From: Bdellovibrionota bacterium
GTDB taxonomy: Bacteria; Bdellovibrionota_C; UBA2361; JBIKUX01
DNA: 64,000 bases
Direction of reading: 5' to 3'
Assembly: GCA_044347345.1 (NCBI GenBank)
Contig: JBIKUX010000012.1
Location: 15,730 to 79,729, forward strand
Every line of letters begins with the position of its first letter. Position 1 is the first letter of the stretch. Positions 51,063 through 61,413 of the stretch are shown here, in pieces. The position numbers and the translations under genes are program-made. The notes beneath the pieces were generated by a model. The model had not been told where the DNA came from. It worked only from the letters and a program-made list of their open reading frames with translations, and searched no databases.

Positions 51063-51737
51063 CTACTTGTCAATTTGATTTTCTGAAAATTTTTCGTAAA
51101 GCTGCGCATATTCTATATCTAGTGCATCGTATCTACGCTTCATTTTGACGTAAAGCTGGTTACCCTCTTCTATCTGCGAAAAAAGTACATTACAAGTATT
51201 TTGACAATCAGTTAATTCTTTTTTTGTTTTCTGCATTTTATTTTGCAGCTCTTCATTAATTTCAATCTCACTACTAAGTTCCTCTAATTGGGATAATGAA
51301 GCCTGTAATTGATCTTTTATTGTTTGATTTTTTTCTCGAAGCTCTCTCTCTTTTTGTTGAAGAATATTTAATTCTTCCTGTGTTTCTAAACTACTTGCTT
51401 TAAGTTCTCTTTCAATTTCATGCAACTCTCTAAGACGCACTTCAAGAGACTCTAGTTCGGCATAGGTTATTGTCACCCTGCCTTTTTCGACTTTTACCTC
51501 CTCGATTAGCTCATTAAGTTCGTTTTTTTTCGATTGAATATGCTCTATAGGTACGCATTGAGTTATTAAAGATTGTAACTCATCACGCAATTCTCTTCTT
51601 TTCTTTATAACTGAACTAACAACTTCGGCTGACAATCCTCCTAAGTTCTTTGACTTTTTTCGATAAAAATATATTGAAGCCAATATTAACAAACTTTCAG
51701 TGATACCAATAAAAAAAATTAGCAGATAAGAGTACAT
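51063..51737 (-). CDS. Membrane-anchored coiled-coil protein
   Basis: N-terminal TM followed by ~190 aa of E/L/K/Q heptads. Confidence 0.75.
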   Translation of the reverse strand: MYSYLLIFFIGITESLLILASIYFYRKKSKNLGGLSAEVVSSVIKKRRELRDELQSLITQCVPIEHIQSKKNELNELIEEVKVEKGRVTITYAELESLEVRLRELHEIERELKASSLETQEELNILQQKERELREKNQTIKDQLQASLSQLEELSSEIEINEELQNKMQKTKKELTDCQNTCNVLFSQIEEGNQLYVKMKRRYDALDIEYAQLYEKFSENQIDK

Positions 51738-51749
51738 TGGTACTTAACC

Positions 51750-53795
51750 TCACTCAAACTCATCTGACTTAGTAATATTTTCATTACTATCTTTACTATC
51801 TTTTGATTCTTCCCTCTCTGAGTCTATATCAGAGGAATTTTCAGAGTTAAAGGACTCTGAAAATTGCGAACTATTATTTACTATTGCACGCAATAATTCA
51901 CTTTTATGCTGTATATCTTCAGGAATCGTATCTAATGACACAAGATCGGGATTGCTAGTTTTTTCAGCCCGTTTTTTTTGAAGTAAAATAGACGCAAAGC
52001 CTACCCCTACATTGAGTAAACTCATTAAACATACAGGAACTACCGGAAATTGAGAAACCTCGACCGAATTTTTTAATTTAACACTTTTTTTCTTTTCTGG
52101 AATAATTACATGCTCAACAATGGGTTCTTGTTCATCATGCGGCAGATACTTTAAGCGAATCTTTTTTGATTGAAAATTTTTTAAACGCCCCCGATTTAGT
52201 TTATTTATAGCCTCTGCGCTCAAATCATAAATACCTTGACCTGGCAAATCAGTAGCATGTGCTTCATAAACTCGTTCTCTCTCTTCCTTGATAGGAATTG
52301 GATGCTTTTCACCATTTTTTGCTATATCAGTGGCATAAAGAGAGATATCCACATTTTTTAAATTGCCTAAATCTGGACTTGCTTCCACAATAATTCTACT
52401 TGCTTCATCAGCCTGGAAAACTTGTGTTTCTTCTTTATCCCCCCCTTTTTCTGATTCAAGAGGAGCTCCCGACTCGGCTGAAGTTCTTATGGTTAGCCAT
52501 TCAGGGCGTACTCTAAAAGGACGTGCTTGCTCTCTTTCGAAAGTCGGAGCTTGAGCTAATACTCTAATTTTATATTCACCTGCTTCGCTAAAAGACAATT
52601 TAAAGCTAAATATTCCATCATTAGCAATTTCATCGCCATCTTCACCATTATCATTTAAGAAATCTGTTGCTATAGGAGGTGATACTACATCGGTTCGAAT
52701 AACCTGAAATCCAAATTTAGCTACTCCTGCTATCTGCGGAATGGCTATGGGTTTTACGCCATCAAACAACTGTGCCTGCAATATTGCCGGCTCATCCTTC
52801 AATACATTAGCAGGCCAATCAACGACCAACTTAAGCTGAGTTAGAAGAGTGGCAAAAGCCTCTCTTTCGTCTACACCTTCAACAGTCCAAATACCTGGAA
52901 ATGGCGTAGGAATAGTTATTACGGTAAATTGTTCACCAGTAAACCATTTTACTACATTTGGCTTCCTACTTTCTGTAAGTCTCTCCCCAGTTGGGGATAC
53001 CAGTACAATAGGATTTTCTTTTGAACTATCTAAATAGAAAGTAGCTTCATTTACATTACCATCAATAGAAAAACCTTTTTTCTTTAACGGAATAACTTGT
53101 GGTTTTTTAACTGCAAGCAATAAATCAGCAAATGAACTATGAAGAGTTTCACTAGTATTGGCATACCAGCTTAATCCTCCGCTTTGAATTGCCAGTTGAG
53201 ATAGAAACTCTCTATCTGCTTGTTCGCTAAAAGCCAGAGTATAAACCGATATCCCGGAATCCTTAAGTTCAGGAGCAACTTCCTCTAAAGTCTTCCTCGA
53301 TAATTCAACACCAGAACCCTTTTCAGGAATTGGATCCATTTTTCCATCGGAAATCACTACTAAAGCTGCTACACTATCCGGTCGACGTTGTTGTTTAAGC
53401 AATGTAGCGGCTGAAGCTATTCCAGCGTTTATGTCAGTGTAAAGCCCATCATTCGGTATATTCCCGAGAAGAGTTGATAATACTGATGCTTGATTTGAAT
53501 TAAATGGAGTTAATGGAGCTAAAACCTTTGCTTCTTTGTCAAACTGAACAATGCCGACAGAATCTCCTTCACGTAAAAACTGTAAAAAAAGAATTGTGCC
53601 CTGATCACGTAGGCGTTTCGGATCAGTAATCCTCATACTGGCAGAGGCATCTACAACCAGTACTACATCTAATTTATCAGCAGGAGGATCTTTTGGTGTC
53701 AAAGTTCGCTCATCAGCTGCAATATCGGAAAAAAAACAAAATAATGAAAAAAAGATTAAATATGCTGTATTCAAGACCAATACCAACATCCGCAT
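51750..53795 (-). CDS. vWA-domain surface/periplasmic protein with C-terminal TM
   Basis: MIDAS DASAS..T..SDG; LNDNGEDGDEIANDGIFS loop; C-terminal TM and acidic tail; start at 53795 gives a signal peptide. Confidence 0.82.
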   Translation of the reverse strand: MRMLVLVLNTAYLIFFSLFCFFSDIAADERTLTPKDPPADKLDVVLVVDASASMRITDPKRLRDQGTILFLQFLREGDSVGIVQFDKEAKVLAPLTPFNSNQASVLSTLLGNIPNDGLYTDINAGIASAATLLKQQRRPDSVAALVVISDGKMDPIPEKGSGVELSRKTLEEVAPELKDSGISVYTLAFSEQADREFLSQLAIQSGGLSWYANTSETLHSSFADLLLAVKKPQVIPLKKKGFSIDGNVNEATFYLDSSKENPIVLVSPTGERLTESRKPNVVKWFTGEQFTVITIPTPFPGIWTVEGVDEREAFATLLTQLKLVVDWPANVLKDEPAILQAQLFDGVKPIAIPQIAGVAKFGFQVIRTDVVSPPIATDFLNDNGEDGDEIANDGIFSFKLSFSEAGEYKIRVLAQAPTFEREQARPFRVRPEWLTIRTSAESGAPLESEKGGDKEETQVFQADEASRIIVEASPDLGNLKNVDISLYATDIAKNGEKHPIPIKEERERVYEAHATDLPGQGIYDLSAEAINKLNRGRLKNFQSKKIRLKYLPHDEQEPIVEHVIIPEKKKSVKLKNSVEVSQFPVVPVCLMSLLNVGVGFASILLQKKRAEKTSNPDLVSLDTIPEDIQHKSELLRAIVNNSSQFSESFNSENSSDIDSEREESKDSKDSNENITKSDEFE

Positions 53796-54101
53796 CGATA
53801 TCTTTTTCGAACCACAAGTAAAATGGCTTTGCTGTCGTATTTTAATAATGTGATAGTAATGTTCAAAAGATGCTGCCAACCTATGCTTACCTATATGATG
53901 GATAGGGGTACGATTAGTTTTTCGCGTTTTATACCGGTAATTTATCACATAACAAACTGCTTTACGAAATATCTTAGATCTACCTAACGCACATAGGCTA
54001 ATGCAAATTAGGTGCTTCATTTTAGCAATACTTTCTATATAATTTTGTGTAACTAACAATGAAAAAAAATACCATTTATCACCAAATTAGGTATCCATTA
54101 G

Positions 54102-54710
54102 ATGCAGTTTAATTATCCTAAGGAGGCAACCCATAGTGCTCCTAAACACATTATATTTAAAAAGTGTTTTTTCTTATCTATGTTCTTTACCTTAACCTCT
54201 ACGACAGCTTTTGCTATAGAGCCACCCTTTAAATTGCCCCCTAAAAGTGAAATAGCCAACATTAAAACTGCTGAGATCATTACATCCAAGGGCAGCATGA
54301 TTTTCACGCTTTATCCCGACGATGCTCCGTGGCATGTAAGTAATTTCAAATTTAGAGCCGACAAAGGCTTTTATAATGGCAGTAAAATTTCAATAGTGCA
54401 TCCTGGTTACATTGTACAGGGAGGAGCTCCTGTTACATTTGAGGCTAGTCGCCCCTACAGCCTTCCTCCAGAATTTACCAATAAACCGCATACGAGAGGA
54501 ACTCTCGGGATGGCTAGACGTCAAGATATCATTAATGCCGAACGCAACTCTGATTCTGCCCAATTTCATATTCTGCTAGGCTCAGGACCTCACATGGACG
54601 GTTTATACACTTCATTTGGCCAATTACGGGATGGCGACGAACTTTTGGATCTACTTGAGGCAGGAGATCGCATTGAGCGTATTACAGTTTATATATCTAA
54701 AGCACCTTAA
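54102..54710 (+). CDS. Cyclophilin-type peptidylprolyl isomerase (exported)
   Basis: TSKG, LYPDDAP..V.NF, GFYNG, QGG, RGTLGMAR, QFHI, H.DG.YT.FG. Confidence 0.88.
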   Translation: MQFNYPKEATHSAPKHIIFKKCFFLSMFFTLTSTTAFAIEPPFKLPPKSEIANIKTAEIITSKGSMIFTLYPDDAPWHVSNFKFRADKGFYNGSKISIVHPGYIVQGGAPVTFEASRPYSLPPEFTNKPHTRGTLGMARRQDIINAERNSDSAQFHILLGSGPHMDGLYTSFGQLRDGDELLDLLEAGDRIERITVYISKAP

Positions 54711-54774
54711 TAATAATTCTTTTATCTTAAAAATTAGGTAAATCGCGAGAAGCACTTGAAATAATACTTTTACG

Positions 54775-57258
54775 TTACAACTCAAGATCCTCAAGGTAAG
54801 AATCGGTTGTTTCTTCCTCCTGCGTTGGCGGCTGTGTTGGTTGAGTTCCGTCAGTGAAATATAAAGGTATAGCACCAGTAGCTTTTTCTTCGCTGGCATA
54901 ACCACTGCGTTTATCAACCCAAAATAGAGTTACTCCATCAGGAGCTATGAATTTAGATGGAATCGGATGTTGATCATCTTTTTTAGTTTCAGTAACACTA
55001 TCAGCTTGTAATTCACCGGAACCCCCATTATTGTTTCCCACCTCTTCAGAAATTTTCTTGCTGGCTCCAATTACTCTCTGATAAGCTTCCGCTTCTTTCT
55101 GCTGAAGAAACGGAGTCATAATATTCATAAAAATCGGAGCCGCTACTACACCGCCAGTTTCTTTTTCACCGATAGTCCTCTTAGTATCAAATCCAACCCA
55201 AACCCCACAAACATAATCAGGATTAAAACCAATAAACCAAGCATCCATTTGGTCGTTAGTAGTGCCAGTCTTACCAGCTATTTCACGATTCATCTTCTTT
55301 AATCGAGTAGCAGTACCTCTCTCGATAACTCCCCGCATCATGGAAGACATAACAAATGCCGTTTGAGGCGAAATAACCTGACGAGCCTCATCTGCCTTAC
55401 GAATTTCGCTATCAAAAATTACTACTCCATCTCTATTTACTATTTTAGTCACAAACGTGGATGGAAACAGCATACCTCCAGCTGGCAAAACACCGTATGC
55501 TCGCACCAGCTCTAAAAAATGTAACTCACCACTTCCAAGAGAAAGTGACAAATTTTTCTTTAGCTCAGTTTTAATACCTAATCGTTGAGCATAATCAATC
55601 AGTGCATCAAGACCTATGCGTGATACTAAATCCGCAGAAACTAAATTACGCGATAACTCTAAAGCTCGGAACAATGGAATAGGTCCCATAAACTTACTAT
55701 CAAAGTTACCAGGAGCCCAAAATTGAGTGCCTACTTTAAACACTCGAGGTATGTCATTTACTATCGTGCTAGGAGTGTATCCAAACGCATCAATTGCAGT
55801 TAAATATATAATTGGCTTAAACGCTGAGCCTGGTTGCCGAAGCATCTGAGTAACTCGGTTAAACCTGTTCCGAGCAAAATCATACCCTCCAACAGCTGCA
55901 ACAACTTCTCCAGAATGAGGATCTATTACAGCGACAGCTCCTTCAAGTTGAGGTGTCTGATCTAATTTTAAGAGATAAGAATTGTTTTGCGCCTCTACTG
56001 TTGAAGACGACACAAGCGATACCTCAACAATATCTCCAACATGAAGAGTCTTACTTAGAGGAATTCCAAACTGAACATTGTCCTTGTAATCAATACGTTT
56101 GTTGGTCCATGCCGCCTCACTCATCAAAAAGAATCCTGAATGAGAACCTACCTGTACTTCAACTTGATCAAGATGAGCATCAATTCGCTTTATAAGGGCC
56201 GGATAAACAATATCTTCTTTCAGATCTGATGGGACAAATTTTGCAAAATGCTCAAAATACTTGCTCGACCCATTCTCTCCGAAAGAATTTAGAATTCCTC
56301 GCCATCCTCGACGTTTATCTACTATACGTAGACCTTTTGCTAATTCTTTTTCAACGGAATTATTTAACGATAAATCTACCGCAGTATGAATCAAGAGACC
56401 TGCGGTATCTACTTGAACATTAGGTAAATTATCACTGATCCATTTTCTTACTTCAGTTACATAGTAAGGAGCGTTAAATATATTTTGATTTGATGCACGA
56501 AAAAAAGTTAACTGCTCCTTTCGAGCCGCATCTGCCTGATCCGCCGAAATAAATCCAGCATCAACCATTTGATCTAGAACATATCTCTGCCTTTTGAAGG
56601 CTCTTTCTGGATTAGCTAAAGGTGAATATCTTGAAGGAGCCTTGGGAAGACCAGCAAGCAATGCTCCCTCACCAAGAGTTAGATCAGATAATTCTTTTTG
56701 AAAATACAACCTAGCAGCAGCTTTTACCCCGTATGCTGTATTACCAAAAAAAATTTCATTTAAATAAAGTTCGAGAATCTCTTTCTTGGACAACCTTTTT
56801 TCTAAGCGATACGAAAGTATTGCTTCTTTAATTTTACGTTCAATACTTCTTTCTGGAGACAGCAGTAAATTTTTAACTACCTGCTGAGTAATAGTGGAGC
56901 CTCCTTGCATGGGTGCTCCAGCTTGAAGATTCTTAACTAGTGCTCTAACGATACTAAATATATCGATCCCCGGATGGTTATAAAAATTCGCATCTTCAGC
57001 CGCTACAAAAGCATGCTGAAGAAACTCTGGAACTTCACTTAAACGAACTGGATATCTTCGCTTATCATAAAATTCTGCTATTACCTTGCCATCACGAGAA
57101 TATACGGTGGATACTGATGATGGTTGATAGTCAGCTACTGAATTGAAACCGGGTAGGTCTCGAGAATAATAATTAAATATTAAAACTACACCGACTACTA
57201 ATGCGATAGCACAACCAAAACTTAAAAAAACACAAGCAAAAAAGAAGCGTTTAAGCAT
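54775..57258 (-). CDS. mrcA: Penicillin-binding protein 1A
   Basis: AEDANFY.H.G, GGSTITQQ, RKIKE, YLNEI; transpeptidase SAFK, SRN, KTG. Confidence 0.96.
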   Translation of the reverse strand: MLKRFFFACVFLSFGCAIALVVGVVLIFNYYSRDLPGFNSVADYQPSSVSTVYSRDGKVIAEFYDKRRYPVRLSEVPEFLQHAFVAAEDANFYNHPGIDIFSIVRALVKNLQAGAPMQGGSTITQQVVKNLLLSPERSIERKIKEAILSYRLEKRLSKKEILELYLNEIFFGNTAYGVKAAARLYFQKELSDLTLGEGALLAGLPKAPSRYSPLANPERAFKRQRYVLDQMVDAGFISADQADAARKEQLTFFRASNQNIFNAPYYVTEVRKWISDNLPNVQVDTAGLLIHTAVDLSLNNSVEKELAKGLRIVDKRRGWRGILNSFGENGSSKYFEHFAKFVPSDLKEDIVYPALIKRIDAHLDQVEVQVGSHSGFFLMSEAAWTNKRIDYKDNVQFGIPLSKTLHVGDIVEVSLVSSSTVEAQNNSYLLKLDQTPQLEGAVAVIDPHSGEVVAAVGGYDFARNRFNRVTQMLRQPGSAFKPIIYLTAIDAFGYTPSTIVNDIPRVFKVGTQFWAPGNFDSKFMGPIPLFRALELSRNLVSADLVSRIGLDALIDYAQRLGIKTELKKNLSLSLGSGELHFLELVRAYGVLPAGGMLFPSTFVTKIVNRDGVVIFDSEIRKADEARQVISPQTAFVMSSMMRGVIERGTATRLKKMNREIAGKTGTTNDQMDAWFIGFNPDYVCGVWVGFDTKRTIGEKETGGVVAAPIFMNIMTPFLQQKEAEAYQRVIGASKKISEEVGNNNGGSGELQADSVTETKKDDQHPIPSKFIAPDGVTLFWVDKRSGYASEEKATGAIPLYFTDGTQPTQPPTQEEETTDSYLEDLEL

Positions 57259-57316
57259 ATAAAAAGTCTTATCAAAATCGCAAAAAATCGATTCAATTCT
57301 GAAAATTGTTTAACGA

Positions 57317-58831
57317 TTAATTCTCTTTCTTGACGGGTAAAAGAGCCTCTTTGTTAGCAACTATTTTTCTTGAAACCTCATCAGTTACAATGTATCCCTT
57401 CAAATCATTAATATCACTTTTCTGATCAGGATTGTTTTTCTTAACAAATAGCTTTGTGGAGTATTTTTCCGTTTGTGCCTGATGATCTTTAGAAATAATT
57501 TTAACAACACCAAGTAAAATTTGTTGCCCTGTTTTAAGCTTAATAACAACCTGTGAATCAGTCTCTTTGGGGAACTCAAAAATATCAGGAATAATTTCAA
57601 CAAATTCTAAACTTGCTAATTTTCGCAAATATTCTTCTATAAACAAGGCATCTCCCGCTTCACCATCAACTTTCCAACTTGAATCACTACGAACTAAGTT
57701 ATACAGCTGAGCGTCGTTAGTACCTTTACTACTCCTATTCACACTTACTGAAGTAACATCCTTAGGAACAAACGAAATTATCGTTCGGTCAATAATAGAC
57801 TCGTACGTTAAGGCAAAATTATTGATTGTATTTCCCGATATTTTAAAGAAAGGTGGAGTATCTCCAATAGATAACACCATACTAGCTGGATCCTCTGAAG
57901 GAACGTAAAGACTAATATCGCTAGTACCATCGATTGCAGTATTCTGATCTTTTTTAAGAACAATACGAGCGTCAGGCTCTCCTAAATTAATGCTCTTTGG
58001 TAGGTCACCTGGCCTATCTATAAACCCACTGGCCTGCAATGCACGAAGACGTCTTAATAACTCAGCTACCTTGTCCTTATTAGCTAATTGTGGCTTAGCT
58101 GGTTGTGCGCCATTACTTTTGTCGAATGCTTCATTAGACGTAACATTCCAGACATCACCCTTCTTAACTAACTCAATAGCAGCACCACGAGCAGGAGCTA
58201 CGCTAATATATTGTACTGATTCGTTATCAAATGCTATCCGATTTTTAGTACGAAATAGATTCATATCTTTCTGAGCGGCAAAAAAGAGTCCTTCAGAGAT
58301 AAGAAAAATTTCTCTACCGTCCACTTGAATATAACGCTCACCTGAAAAAGAGGCTCTTTTACCCATTAAAATAGAGATCGGTTTTTTTTCTCTAATGTTT
58401 ACAACCAAAGATAGAGCTGGTTCTTTCAAACCATAGGTGCTCAAATCTGCATCCAGTTCTGCCGCCGGAAGAGGCTCGCCTATGTTTGTTTCTAACAATT
58501 GAGCAAATAAGCTTGATAAAGTTGCAGCTTCTAACTTCTTATCAATTACTTCTTCGTTCTTTACTACTTCCCATAAATTAAAATAGTCTAAATCATCAAA
58601 TTTGGTAGTTTTGCTAGAAGAAGACTTGTCATTGCTACTACTACGGCGAAGTGTGTAAGGCGATGATTCTGGAAGATCAATCGTGATACTTTGAATATCA
58701 CTCTTTGTGGCTCCTCCTAAAAGAAGTCCCTTATTCTTTTTTGCTTTACTCCTTGGAAGTTCGACTCCCCAAACTATAAATATAGAGATTAACAGTACAA
58801 CTGAAAGGATAAATAGCTTACGAATACTCAT
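57317..58831 (-). CDS. DUF4340-like protein
   Basis: N-terminal TM, DLSTYGLKEP, repeated W..V modules; follows the GldG-like gene. Confidence 0.75.
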   Translation of the reverse strand: MSIRKLFILSVVLLISIFIVWGVELPRSKAKKNKGLLLGGATKSDIQSITIDLPESSPYTLRRSSSNDKSSSSKTTKFDDLDYFNLWEVVKNEEVIDKKLEAATLSSLFAQLLETNIGEPLPAAELDADLSTYGLKEPALSLVVNIREKKPISILMGKRASFSGERYIQVDGREIFLISEGLFFAAQKDMNLFRTKNRIAFDNESVQYISVAPARGAAIELVKKGDVWNVTSNEAFDKSNGAQPAKPQLANKDKVAELLRRLRALQASGFIDRPGDLPKSINLGEPDARIVLKKDQNTAIDGTSDISLYVPSEDPASMVLSIGDTPPFFKISGNTINNFALTYESIIDRTIISFVPKDVTSVSVNRSSKGTNDAQLYNLVRSDSSWKVDGEAGDALFIEEYLRKLASLEFVEIIPDIFEFPKETDSQVVIKLKTGQQILLGVVKIISKDHQAQTEKYSTKLFVKKNNPDQKSDINDLKGYIVTDEVSRKIVANKEALLPVKKEN

Positions 58832-58852
58832 ATATGTACGCTAACAACCTAT

Positions 58853-60562
58853 CTAAGCGACGCTAACCATCCGTCTTCTCCACCAAACCGAAAATCCGAA
58901 GAGAAGGAAAAGCTCCGGCAGTAAAAAACTGCCAGTAAATATTTTTAGAAAAGTTTCTTCACTAATCAACGCATTTGAAGCTCGAATTGATTTTGGAGGC
59001 AATGTTAAAACGCCCTCCTGACCAGCTATCCAATTAAGCGCATTAAGTACTAAATCTCTATTCGAAAAAAGAGAAAAACTACTATTCTGAATAAAGTCTA
59101 TGTCGCCAAATACAACAACTCGCGTAATCTTTTCAAATTCTAGCTCATCGCTCTGCTTTGTACCATCTTTGTTGGACGAATTCTTCTTACTTGACCCATC
59201 AGGCTCTGATAAATTTTTATTCACCTCACCTTTAGCTAGCGAGCGCTCATATGCTACTGCTAACGCTACTGGGCCAGTAGCGTCTTCTGGTTCTTTTGCA
59301 GCTGATGGATCATCGCCAAACAAAAGCTGTAGATTAGTTTCTCCCCAAGATAATGGCCCAGCTTTTACAAGCTCGGTATACGTCGTATCTTTTTCCTCTG
59401 GATTGCTAGCTTCAGATTTTTTTACACTTGAGGCAATGGTAAAAACTGTTGGAGACTGCGTGTTTAAATCCTTGGTTACTGGATGTTGCAAATACTCCGT
59501 TACATACGGTTGCACACCGAGAGAGCTAGCACCGAGTAACTGATTTCTATCGATAACTACATCTTTACCGACCGTAATTCCAAATCGCTCAGATAAAATA
59601 CGGACTTCATCTCCAGCAAAAGGATCGTGAAAAAGCATCAAACGTCCGCCTTGCTTGGCATATGATAGTAAAATTTCACGCTCTTTGTCCGTAAGAGATT
59701 TTTTAGGAGCAGCTACGATAACAGCCACTGCATCCATTGGTACCATGGTTGAAGTACTTAATTGTAATTCTGCAACCTTATAATGCTCATCTTCAAGTGC
59801 AGTGGCAAACCCCTTGAGTCCTGCTACTTCAGTATCATTTAGACTTGGCTCGCCGTGTCCTTGTAGATAGTAAACCTTTTTAGCAGCCCCCCTGGATAAC
59901 CTTAACACCGCATTAGTAATTTCTTGCTCGGATGCATTATTGACTCTACTCACCTGAATATCACCAGGTTCCCCGTACTCAATATAAACAAGATTGCCAG
60001 GCTGCATCTCATACTTATCCACTAAATGGGGCTTAAGGCGAGGATCTATCATTTCTACTGTTACTCGACGCGGAGCAGCAGATCGATATCGATCAAGCAA
60101 TGCCGATAACACTTCAAATTGTTCAGGAGTCTTAAAGCCCACTAAACGTAAAGGCTTTTGTAAAGCAGCTAAAATTTCTTGGCTCTGTTTTGCAAGCGAA
60201 TTAACTTTTTCCTCTGAGAAATCCCACTTTCTATCATATCTTCCTATCAACCAGTTTCCGATGACAATGATGCTTATGAAAACTACCGAGTACGATAAAG
60301 CAAGCGCTCCAAACCGACTAGTTCTGCCAGATACCATTTTTTTTGCCTGTTCTGGTGCTGAAACTCCCGATATTACACCCCAAGCAACTAACGATATAAC
60401 TCCAAAAACGAAGTGAAGAACTATCAGTTGTTTAAAAAATGTATAAGAAAGAAGGCCAAAAAGAAGGCATATAAGTGACAATACAAGTCCAAATCCAAGA
60501 ATTACGGCTCCAAATATACCTGCAAATGAGGCGATTTTTTTATTCCTTGTATATACCATCAC
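58853..60562 (-). CDS. GldG-family ABC auxiliary protein (GIFT domain)
   Basis: WDFSEEK..SL, EQEITNA, YYLQGHGE, GGRL, VVFGD.DF, N.DL.LN.LNW. Confidence 0.88.
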   Translation of the reverse strand: MMVYTRNKKIASFAGIFGAVILGFGLVLSLICLLFGLLSYTFFKQLIVLHFVFGVISLVAWGVISGVSAPEQAKKMVSGRTSRFGALALSYSVVFISIIVIGNWLIGRYDRKWDFSEEKVNSLAKQSQEILAALQKPLRLVGFKTPEQFEVLSALLDRYRSAAPRRVTVEMIDPRLKPHLVDKYEMQPGNLVYIEYGEPGDIQVSRVNNASEQEITNAVLRLSRGAAKKVYYLQGHGEPSLNDTEVAGLKGFATALEDEHYKVAELQLSTSTMVPMDAVAVIVAAPKKSLTDKEREILLSYAKQGGRLMLFHDPFAGDEVRILSERFGITVGKDVVIDRNQLLGASSLGVQPYVTEYLQHPVTKDLNTQSPTVFTIASSVKKSEASNPEEKDTTYTELVKAGPLSWGETNLQLLFGDDPSAAKEPEDATGPVALAVAYERSLAKGEVNKNLSEPDGSSKKNSSNKDGTKQSDELEFEKITRVVVFGDIDFIQNSSFSLFSNRDLVLNALNWIAGQEGVLTLPPKSIRASNALISEETFLKIFTGSFLLPELFLLFGFSVWWRRRMVSVA

Positions 60563-60615
60563 TCAGCCTTCAATTACCTTTGTTTATCCATCCAAAGCAC
60601 TCTTATTTACCGAAT

Positions 60616-61389
60616 TTAACGCCACCGATAAGACTCAAGAGCCCTTTGTGAAAAAAACAAGCCAACCCATATCACTGAAAAAAAATAAAATATCCCTTTA
60701 AGCGAAATAACTCCCTTAAAGAACCCCTTCAAATGCTCAATTGGAGAAAGGTAAGACAGTATGCGCTCTGCTTCGCCCCCTATTGATTGACCAGCAGTTT
60801 GAATCATGTACAGAAGTAGCAAAACAACCATTCCCGTTATTCCAGCCACGACTTGATTAACGGTGAAACATGACACGGCCATACCAAGACTAACGAAAGA
60901 TGCTGCGCATAAAAATAGTCCTATCAGACCAGTTATAATTGGTCCAATCTCAGGACCAGGTGTACCATAATAAACCAACAGCAACGGAAAGGCGCTAATG
61001 GCGCCAACCATTAACCCTACAATTACTAATACGCCTAAGAATTTTCCTACTACTATATCATTTACGCTCAAGGGAGAGGTAATAAGCAATTCAAAAGTGC
61101 CAGTTCTCTTCTCCTCAGAGAGCATCCGCATAGTAAGAAACGGAACTAAAAAAACTAACACTACCACTATCGTTTGAAATAAAACTTCGACAACCCATTC
61201 ATTAAGATTAGGTCGAGGCCCACCCATAGGCATCATACTTGCTCGTTGTAAGTAAAAATTATACTGGCCAAGCAAATTGAAGAAAAAATAAGCCGCGATT
61301 ATAAAAAATCCCGATAGAACAAAGTAGGCTATTGGTGAAACAAAAAATGACCAAGTCTCTCTTTTTGCAATTGCTACAACGCTTTTCAT
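60616..61389 (-). CDS. ABC-2 permease (GldF-like)
   Basis: FFVSPIAY, P.LTMR.LSEEKRTGT.ELL.TSP, GKF. Confidence 0.9.
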   Translation of the reverse strand: MKSVVAIAKRETWSFFVSPIAYFVLSGFFIIAAYFFFNLLGQYNFYLQRASMMPMGGPRPNLNEWVVEVLFQTIVVVLVFLVPFLTMRMLSEEKRTGTFELLITSPLSVNDIVVGKFLGVLVIVGLMVGAISAFPLLLVYYGTPGPEIGPIITGLIGLFLCAASFVSLGMAVSCFTVNQVVAGITGMVVLLLLYMIQTAGQSIGGEAERILSYLSPIEHLKGFFKGVISLKGIFYFFSVIWVGLFFSQRALESYRWR

Positions 61390-61413
61390 ACAAGCACTTC
61401 CTGTGTTCAATCT

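Noticed and set aside
53796-54059. 88-aa N-terminal extension of the vWA ORF
   Set aside because: Looks like translated intergenic DNA; the signal peptide begins at the Met at 53795.
1436-60416. Many 60-150 aa ORFs antisense to or nested in long genes (e.g. 1436, 3917, 13438, 37381, 59100, 59994)
   Set aside because: Shadow frames of well-supported genes, with no motifs.
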